A stretch of 64,000 bases of DNA from Eledone cirrhosa (lineage: Eukaryota): positions 1 through 64,000 of the forward strand of contig CAXHJY010000511.1 of assembly GCA_964016885.1 (NCBI GenBank). Direction: 5' to 3'. The notes below the pieces were generated by a model, which made no database searches, was not told the origin of the DNA, and saw only the letters and a list, made by a program, of their open reading frames with translations. Positions 54,546 through 64,000 of this stretch are shown here, piece by piece. The stretch's first letter is position 1; each line of letters opens with the position of its first letter. Made by a program: the position numbers and the translations under genes.

Positions 54546-55140
54546 CATATGCACACGCACACACACATAGACACACACACATTGCCACTTACATACATAG
54601 ACACAGAGAGACGCAGACATACACATAGACACATAAACGCATACACACATGGACGGAGACACACACACACACACTTTCACACATTTACACACACACACAG
54701 AAATAGTTATAAGACGTCAGTGCTTACTTTACAAAATGTCCGCCGTAAATAGTTTCTGAGAGTAAAATGAAAAATTGTCTCAAATTTGTTGTAAACATTT
54801 TCTTTCGTAGTGGGTAAAGTTTATTCTGGTTACCCTGCATACATGTATACATACGTGTGTATATAAATGCACACACACATACACATACATTCACACGCAC
54901 AAACATGCATATATATATATATATATATTTTGCAAGCTTTTTGATATGAAATCGTGTTTCGAAACAAATATTGTTATACTTGGGGAGGGTCATATTGTTA
55001 TAATATTGCCAGAAATAATAACAGAACACACTCACTAACCCCAACCCTAACCCTAAGATACAAAAGCGAAAACCAATCAAACAGAGAGTGTGTTCTGTTA
55101 TTATTTCTGGCAATATTATAACAGTATGACCCACCCTAAG

Positions 55141-55172
<32 letters not shown>

Positions 55173-55519
55173 TATATTGTCGTGTTGGAAGCCTCAACAA
55201 TGCAGATGGGTAAATCTCCGGGTAACAGAATCAGGTGGTAATGAGAGAGAGGGAGGGAGAGAGAGAGTGAAAGGGAGAGAGAGAGAGAGAGTGAAAGGGA
55301 GAGAGAGTGGGAGAGAGAGATGTAAGAGGAAGCGTAGAAAGATACGTAGAGTGTGTAAAGAAACGTAGGAAAAGTGTAACAAATAATAATACGAGATAGA
55401 GTTACCTTGGAAAGGATTTAATAGTCCCTATATTTCGGATTTCGCATCCATCAACTAGTCGATTTCCGAGGGGGAATACAAAGTTTAGATGATAAAGTCC
55501 GTGGTACATATTTGATAAG

Positions 55520-55597
55520 GCCGTGATACATATTTCAATGATGACAGTGGCCACGCGATTCGGCGTAGTACCCACTGCCATGAACTCGTCAGACAGC
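55520..55597 (-). ncRNA. Type I hammerhead
   Basis: GCTGT-CTGACGA-(ATGGCAGTGG/CCACTGTCAT)-GAAA-TATGTA-TC-ACGGC. Confidence 0.75.
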
Positions 55598-55943
55598 TTC
55601 TTACGTAATAAGGTTACAATCAAGGAGGTAATCCAAAATTGAAGTGTCAAGGGAACGGACAAACACGATGTTCATGAATCGAATGCCCGTAACCCCGAAT
55701 TGAATTACATTAATGTTTTTATTTCCAGGACCGGGTAATGCGTTATGTCCTTGAGCAAGATACTTTATTTCATGTTGCTCCTTCTACCTGGAGTTGCGAC
55801 CGATAGATAGTATTAGCAATTGGAAAGACCAATGGAAACATTGTTTCCTCGGTCCGATTTGACAAAAAGTCGATCGACTGTCGATTTATATATATATAAA
55901 CAAGACGTGTAAGGTTAAAATTAACTTCGTTTATTCATATTCC

Positions 55944-56000
55944 CTGTTATATATATTTCGGTGATAACTATTATGCAATAGCTACGACCTCATCAGACAG
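55944..56000 (-). ncRNA. Type I hammerhead
   Basis: CTGT-CTGATGA-GGT..TAGCTATT/AATAGTTA..ACC-GAAA-TATATA-TA-ACAG. Confidence 0.8.
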
Positions 56001-56099
56001 CTAGAATTTGAACAGAAAGAAACAGAAAAACATAACGATGGAATAAAGCTTAGTCCTGTTATTTAGATTTTTTTATATGCTCAAAGCACTGCTCGCACC

Positions 56100-56210
<111 letters not shown>

Positions 56211-56916
56211 TGGGTTGTCAAGTATGAAATTTGTAGAAATTTGTTTTTTTTCTACAAATTTCTGCAAATAACATACTTGACGATCCAATATATATGTAAT
56301 AAGAGGTTGACGGGACCAGCATAAGGGCTTACAAGCCGGTGGAGAGGACTGTACTTGTAATTCAAAGGGCCCCGCTTGTCACACACTGATGATGATGATA
56401 TAAATATTTTCTCTGTTACTCACCAGAAACCTTTAAAGCCCCCACCCTGTAATATAATTTTGCTTGCCATCCCCTCTCACCCATCATAACTCCAATGCCC
56501 CACCCACACACCCACCCAGGGTGCAACACAGACCTCGGTGGGGAATGTTGACCTAAATAGATGTAGATATATTTTGTCATGCATGAATAAAGATCTGCTA
56601 TCTACCAATTGTGTGGTTGGTATATAGGTAGATTGGCGCCAGGGAGTCGTCAAAGTGTAAAAAAAAAAAGAAATATTGAAATGGGCCTTCGTCGGTGTCG
56701 ACGAAGAGGGTTCAGGTTGTCCGATCAACGGAGCAGCCTACTCATGAAATTAACGTGTAAATGGGTGGTCATTCTATAGTCACGGGTACTCTTAATGTGA
56801 TTCTCAGGGAGATTCAGCTTGTCACACAGTGTGTCAGGCTGAATCTCCCTGAGAATCACATTAAGAGTACCCGGCTTACACTATATATATATATATATAT
56901 ATATATAGTGTAAGCA

Positions 56917-57333
56917 GTGAGTTTTGTTGGTTATTCAACAAATTTAGTTTATAACAAGGTAGAAGCACTCTACAGTATTTTCTGGAGTATAATATCAATA
57001 ATATTAATAAATGGAAACTATCTTTATAAAACCATATTTATTTTATTATATATATTTCAAGGGTACCAACATTTTTGGTATGCTCTCATCAGATTAAGTT
57101 CTTGCTTTGAAAATTTCACTATCTGTAAAACAACTTTTATATTTTATCTGATGAGAGCGTACCAAAAATGTTGGTACCTTTGAAATATATATAATAAAAT
57201 AAATATGGTTTTATAAAGATAGTTTCCATTTATTAATATTATTGATATTATACTCCAGCAAAATATTGCAGAGTGCTTCTAACCTGTTATAAACAAAATT
57301 TGTTGAATAACCAACAAATTAAATATCTCTTTG

Positions 57334-57335
<2 letters not shown>
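56917..57335. mobile_element. H2-related fold-back; hammerheads at 57140-57201 (+) and 57039-57094 (-, partial stem I)
   Basis: TATTTTAT-CTGATGA-(GTACCAA/TTGGTAC)-GAAA-TATATA-TA-ATAAAATA. Confidence 0.85.
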
Positions 57336-57401
<66 letters not shown>

Positions 57402-57745
57402 CATACACACACACGCATTCATACATAGATATATATATGTGTGTATATGTGTATATGTGTGCACGTGTCTATTCTATATATGTACATAACGATGCATGCC
57501 TCTACACAAAGCCATTTCTAAGATTATGTACATCTACAAATGTCAAGAGATAGACAATCTTACTTGAGCTAAAAGTTACATGTGATCATATTTCGATATT
57601 TCAGAGCTGACAACAAAATATATATATTTTATCGTCGAGAAGCGTGATTTTATAGTTTCTTCTAGATCTTATCCTGAAACTTGGATATAAACATTACAAA
57701 CGATGGTATGGATATGTAGTTAAGATAATCACTTCGTAACTATAA

Positions 57746-58072
57746 GGTTCTCAGTTCAAATCATTGAAATCTATTTTTGCAACAAGGCTATTTCGTTTAC
57801 TGTCCCCAATTCTAATTTACTGGGTTCTTCACTTATACTGGTATTGTAAGGCCTGTAACTCAAATTAAGGTTGTAGACCTGTTAAAACATAATCCCAGAT
57901 CACTTTTGGTTCTCAGTTCAAATCATTGAAATCTATTTTTGCAACAAGGCTATTTCGTTTACTGTCCCCAATTCTAATTTACTGGGTTCTTTACTTATAC
58001 TGGTGTTGTAAGGCCTGTAACTCAAATTAAGGTTGTAGACCTGTTAAAACATATAATCCCAGATCACTTTTG
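57746..58072. repeat. ~162-bp tandem duplication
   Basis: ggttctcagttcaaatc...cccagatcacttttgg occurs twice. Confidence 0.9.
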
Positions 58073-58235
58073 GTGTTCTTCTGTTGTACAGAAGAGGTAT
58101 GTATTTCAGCTAAATTGTTGCTCTGCTGATTACCGCTGTACGTACGTACATACATACATACGTACGTACGTACGTACGTACGTACGTATGTATGTATGTA
58201 TGTATGTATGGATGTGAAATGTATGTATGTGAAAT

Positions 58236-58838
58236 GTCAGGTCACCAGTTGGTGCTACTGGTAACATGTATCCCAGTACAACCTGACTCATGGTCGGGTC
58301 GTTGGCGACTAAACTGGCAACCCCACCAAGGTTTCTTGGTGAGGAGGGTGACTTTGGACATCCTGCAGGACTAAAAACAAAACCTGTCAAAGGAGCTCTT
58401 AAGAGTCAATGGCTATCCAAAATCACCGGGAGAGATGACCCCTTAGCCTTTGTCAAGGCAGAATTCTAGGAGAAGGAAAACTCTGATATAACACCTGCAA
58501 CTCTGATGGTATCCAATGATGTTAACTTGTTCTTCTTTTTGGTAAATATCATCTTGGTTAAGAGAGTGGGACTGGCTTTGTGCAGTGCCTTTGCTCACTA
58601 TAAAAGCTTCACGGCACAGGCATTGCTTTATATCTGGAGATCTCTCTGCACTTGTCGTCACATGGTACCATGGGCCCAGCACTATGTGTCAATAATTGTC
58701 ACAAGTGTAGTGTTTGTACCAGAGTTTTCAAGTCGCTGGCTGGACTAAAAAGTCACACTCGTTCAGCGCATCGGTAGGAGTTCTCCTACATGGATATAAA
58801 GTAGTGGCCGTACTCGAAAACGAGTTGGCATCCACCAT
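58236..58838 (+). mobile_element. RN element, apparently full length
   Basis: RTE-type ggagaaggaaaactctga block, terminal CSVCTRVFKSLAGLKSHTRSAH finger, (ATGT)n tail. Confidence 0.88.
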
Positions 58839-59891
58839 GTATGTATGTATGTATGTATGTATGTATGTATGTATGTATGTATGTATGTATGTATGTGAAA
58901 CTGGGATAGCTCTGACATAAAACCTGCGGCTCAGTAGTTACCGATGATACTGATCTTTTCTTCTTTTCGGGTTATAGCCACTGTCGCTCAGAGAGTGGGA
59001 TTGGCTCAGTGCACAGTCTTTCCTCACTTTAAAAAAAATCTTCACGCACAGGCATTGGACGATAGAATTAATTAATAATTATTAATAATTGTATATCGTG
59101 CAATGGTCATACTCGACAACGAGGGGGCAGCTATCATGTATGTATGTATGTATATATGTATGTATCTATGTTTGTATGTATGTGTGAATGTATGTATTAT
59201 GCATGTATGCATGCATGTATGTATGCATGTATCTATGTATGTATGCATGCATGTAAGTATGTATGTTTGTATGTATGTTTGTATATATGTATGCATGTAC
59301 GAACGTACATATGTATGTTTGCTTGTTTGTTTGTATGTATGTATCTATTATGCATGCGTATGTATGCATGTACGCATGTACGCATGTATGTATGTATATA
59401 TGTATGTATGTATGTACGCATGTATGTACGCATGTATATAAGTATGTACGCATGTATATATGCATACATGTATGCATGTATGTATGTATGCATGCATGTA
59501 CGTGTGCATGCATGTATGTATGTATGTATGTATGTATGTATGTACGCATGTATATAAGTATGTACGCATGTATATATGCATACATGCATGCATGTATGTA
59601 TGTATGCATGCATGTACGTGTGCATGCATGTATGTATGCATGTATGTATGTATGTATGTATGTATGTATGTATGTATGTATGTATGTATGTATGTATGTA
59701 TGTACGGATGGTTGGATGGCTGTATGATTGGCTACCGGCAGTGGATGGTAGATGTGGTGGTAAACCCTGTCTACTCTGCCACAAACATCAATTGCTAAAA
59801 TATTGAAATAAATACTGAATGCTTTCAAAAGAGTTCCGTCTAATTGGTTCATCACGTAAACCATCAGCAACATGGACATATTTCATTTGTA

Positions 59892-59968
<77 letters not shown>

Positions 59969-60261
59969 ACGTGTGTGTGAGAGTGAGAGAGAGTGTGTAA
60001 TTGTGTGTGTGAACGTGTGTGTGAGAGAGAGAGAGAAAGAGGAGAGAGAGAGTGTGTGAGATTGTGTGTGTGTGAGAGAGAGAGAGGGGGGAGAGAGTGT
60101 GTGAGATTGTGTGTGTGTGAGAGAGAGAGAGGGGGGAGAGAGTGTGTGAGATTGTGTGTGTGTGAGAGAGAGAGAGAGGGGGAGAGAGTGTGTAATTGTG
60201 TGTGTGATTATGAGAGCGTGCGTGTGACAATGTGTGTGTGTATGAGTGTGTGAGAGGGGTG

Positions 60262-60293
<32 letters not shown>

Positions 60294-60539
60294 CGGAGAA
60301 AGGAAGAGGCAAGGTATGTGTGTATATGTGTTATTATGAATGTATGTACATACTAGTGTGTATATGTACAGACATTAATGTGGTTTACATGCAGACAATA
60401 CTGCAATTTTGTAAAGAAAAACAAAAAAAGAGAGGAAGGAAAGGAAAAAAGAAAGAAGAAAAATTCCTATTAACATTAAAAGTCGTATTCTAAAAATAGT
60501 TGATTTATTTAGTTGCACGACAGTCATACCAATAAACAG

Positions 60540-60912
60540 AAACAAAAACACCAAAAACAACACCAACAACAACACCAATAAAAACACCAATAAAAACACC
60601 AACAGCAACACCAACAACATCAACAACAACACCAATAAAAACACCAATAAAAACACCAACAACAACACCAACAACACCAACAACAACACCAACAACACCA
60701 AGAACTCCAACAACAACACTAATAAAAACACCAATAAAAACACCAACAACAACACCAACAACACCAACAACACCACCAACAACACCAACAACAACACCAA
60801 CAACACCAACAACACCAACACCAACAACAACACCAACAACAACACCAACAACAACACCAACAGCAACACCAACAACAACACCAACACCAACAACACCAAC
60901 AACAACACCAAT
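60540..60912. repeat. (CAA/CAC)n repeat
   Basis: Seen directly. Confidence 0.9.
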
Positions 60913-61251
60913 AAAAAAGAGACATAAATAATAAGAGACGAAACGCCATAACTTTTAGTAACGATTAAATATGTATTTTGATTGGTTAGATTTTTATTGG
61001 TGTGTATTTTTTTTTTGTAGTTTTTTTTAATCAGTTTTTATCGTGGAATCATATTTCATTTATTCTCCTAAGATGATTCCAGAACTTATTTTTTATTATT
61101 TTATGTTTTATTTTTAATCGGTGAAATTGAAGTCTGTCCCGATACACGCGTGACTCGTCTGTTTTTGTCATTCTGAAAGGAGCGGGAAAAAGATGACAAA
61201 ACAATATGGATGACATATTTAGTTGATAGAGGTGTTGTTTGTGTTTAATAA

Positions 61252-61560
61252 AGCTACAGGAGGAATTGCTACTGGCTGCACAGGGGCAAGTCCTAAGAAC
61301 GAAGTGGGTAAAACACCATTTTGACAAGGAGGAGGCTAGCCCACTCTGTAGAATCTGTGGAAAGAGAGAGGAAACTGTGGCTCCCATCGTATCCGAGTGT
61401 AAACACCTGGCCCAGACTCGCTATAAAGTCTGGAGCCATGATATAATAAGAAAGGTGATTCACTGGCATTTATGCAAACTAAACAATTTACCACATTCTG
61501 AGAAGTGGTATGAGCATAAGCTAGAATCGGTGATAGAAAACGATCAAGTGAAGGTGCTAA
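61252..61560 (+). mobile_element. R4-like fragment with CCHC knuckle region
   Basis: LLAAQ.Q.LRT, CRICGKREETVA.IVSEC, HD...IHW.LC, WYEH motifs. Confidence 0.85.
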
Positions 61561-61576
61561 GAATAATTCGCACAAT

Positions 61577-61870
61577 TCGGAAAACTTAATTTATGTAGTA
61601 ACCTGCCAAGGTTACCACGAACATTATGTAGGACAGACGAGGCTAAAGACAGATCCTGACAAAGAATGACAGTCCATAGGTAGCAAATCAGAACCCCCGT
61701 ATACTAGAAAGATCCCTATAAGCAAATATATAGAAGAACACAGAGGCACAATGCTAACAAACTTAGATGTTCTCCCGTTGTACCGATGTAATTATGAAAT
61801 CATAGAACAACGTCGAATTAATAAAGAGAAAATGTTTATCAGAAAATTCGAACAAAGTTTGAACTCACAG
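61577..61870 (+). pseudogene. Decayed GIY-YIG endonuclease of a Penelope-like element
   Basis: SENLIYVVTCQGYHEHYVGQT, then after a frameshift QRMTVHR*QIR...RRINKEKMFIRKFEQSLN. Confidence 0.75.
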
Positions 61871-62214
61871 CATAATAATTTTTTTATCACTAAAGGAAAA
61901 TAGAGTTACGCCCCTTATCATAGATTGAAAAATAAATTACACACAAGCGTCAAAATAAAAAAAGAAATCTGTTGTATCCTTTACTTTAGCAAGGACAGAA
62001 GCGACCCAAACCATGCAATCGAAAATCAGCATACAGGAGTTTTAACGAAAAAACATTTTAACCTAATAAGAAATGTTTTGAAGATCCAGAACGGAGAAAG
62101 CAAGCTTCGCTAACATCAATTTTTTTATATATGATATAAAGATCCTTTATATATATACCAGGTGCGCTTTTCAAACTTTTTTTATTATCATTTTCCACAC
62201 TTTTTTTCACTATA

Positions 62215-62653
<439 letters not shown>

Positions 62654-63833
62654 CCTGGGTTCAATCGGGGGGTAACCACAGTAAGGTGCTCAATACAGAG
62701 CAGAGTGTAAATATTTAATATCGAAAGGGCTTCTACAGGACTAGAACTGTTTCATTCAAAGGAAATCATATATATCACCTCTCTGTTGTAGTCGTGAGAT
62801 AACAAATATCTAGTATAACTGCGTAGATATGAATGTTTTTATATGAAAATATGTGCCATGTTGACCTAATGAAAACACCGAACGTTAGATAGCTGAGACA
62901 ATCAGTTTAAGAACAAGTATAAACCACCATTGGTGTAGTTTCATAATTCAGTCTACGTAGCTTTAACACTTGTGGATATCGTGTTCCCAAGGAAAGAAGA
63001 GAATTCATTAGCAGCAGTGTTAATGATATGGAAAACAATTGCGAAAGTTCAGCATTTACAGCAACAATAGAGTCGTGTTGTATTTTGTCTTGATTTGTAA
63101 AGTGAACGTCTGTGTCAACTGAGGCATTGGCACACTTAACTACACCCACGAATGCTTGCACGCATACATACATACATACATACATACATACATACATACA
63201 TACATCATAGTCTACAACTGGCTGCGGTAGCTGGCACCTTCAAAATTTGCAAAACATTCTTGCGATTGAAGGGATGACAATTTCTTTTCTTTTACAACCT
63301 TGCCACCAGGAAGGTGGCCGGTCAAAAAAATATACTCGAAATTAAGAGAAAGAGAAAACATACATACATACATACATACATACATACATACATACATACA
63401 TACATACCCACACACATATATATATATATATACATACATACATACATACATACATACATACATACATACATACATACATACATACATACATACATTCATA
63501 CGTACATATACACATTCGTACTTACATTCATGCAAACATACAAACATAATGTAAAACATTCCAAAAATTCTGCATCTAATAACTGCATATACACTTGTAC
63601 AGATACAAAGCGTATGCACATACACACATACAACTCAAAACATCCACATCCACACATACAATAACATCCATACCTGCATATGCAGACATGCATACATAAT
63701 CTACCTAGTTGATGTTGTGTGAATTCCAATGAGAGAGTCTTGTGTCTATGTTAGAAACCGACTCTCTCTCTATTGGTAAACATTTGTGAAATTATAAAAC
63801 CAGAAGAACATACATACATACATACATACATAC

Positions 63834-64000
63834 ATGGTGGCTGCCAACTCGTTTTCGAGTACGGCCACTACTTTATATCCATGTAGGAGAACCCCTACCG
63901 ATGCACTGAACGAGTGTGACTTTTTAGTCCAGCCAGCGACTTGAAAACTCTGGTACAAACACTACACCTGTGACAATTATTGACACACAGTGCTGGGCCC
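63834..64000 (-). mobile_element. RN element 3' end, runs off the window
   Basis: Matches 48058-48223. Confidence 0.85.

Noticed and set aside
55034-55057. Interstitial telomere
   Set aside because: Only 2-3 imperfect CCCTAA units, inside a fold-back spacer.
55402-55662. ORF faintly resembling Penelope RT motifs (MAVGT...RLVDGC)
   Set aside because: Catalytic DD absent; the same bases fold better as the hammerhead at 55520-55597.
60375-60911. Leu/Val-rich membrane protein ORF
   Set aside because: Reverse reading of a (CAA/CAC)n repeat.

Overview
Animal genomic DNA, AT-rich and dense with microsatellites. The repeat content (tRNA-derived SINEs, RTE/R4/Tx1/CR1 relics, long (TA)n/(CA)n/(TACA)n runs) suggests an octopus, which is an inference. 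The only host gene I can support is the 3' half of a KLHDC2/KLHDC1-like kelch-repeat Cullin-2 substrate receptor: 8 phase-consistent GT-AG exons on +, 1885-9870. Most ORFs in the track are simple-repeat artefacts. The other ~54 kb is mobile-element debris, including a 5'-truncated tRNA-Glu(TTC) inside a SINE array. The strongest hidden signal is about 20 minimal type I hammerhead ribozyme motifs in short elements beside or inside (TA)n runs. They belong to several sequence-unrelated families and include U3-A8 and C4 core variants. Many are fold-backs whose inverted arm stops 4-5 nt before a shared (A/G)CTC...GAG(T/C) hairpin. A decayed GIY-YIG endonuclease at 61577-61870 suggests a Penelope-like retroelement system. 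All folds were read by eye and none is computed or tested.
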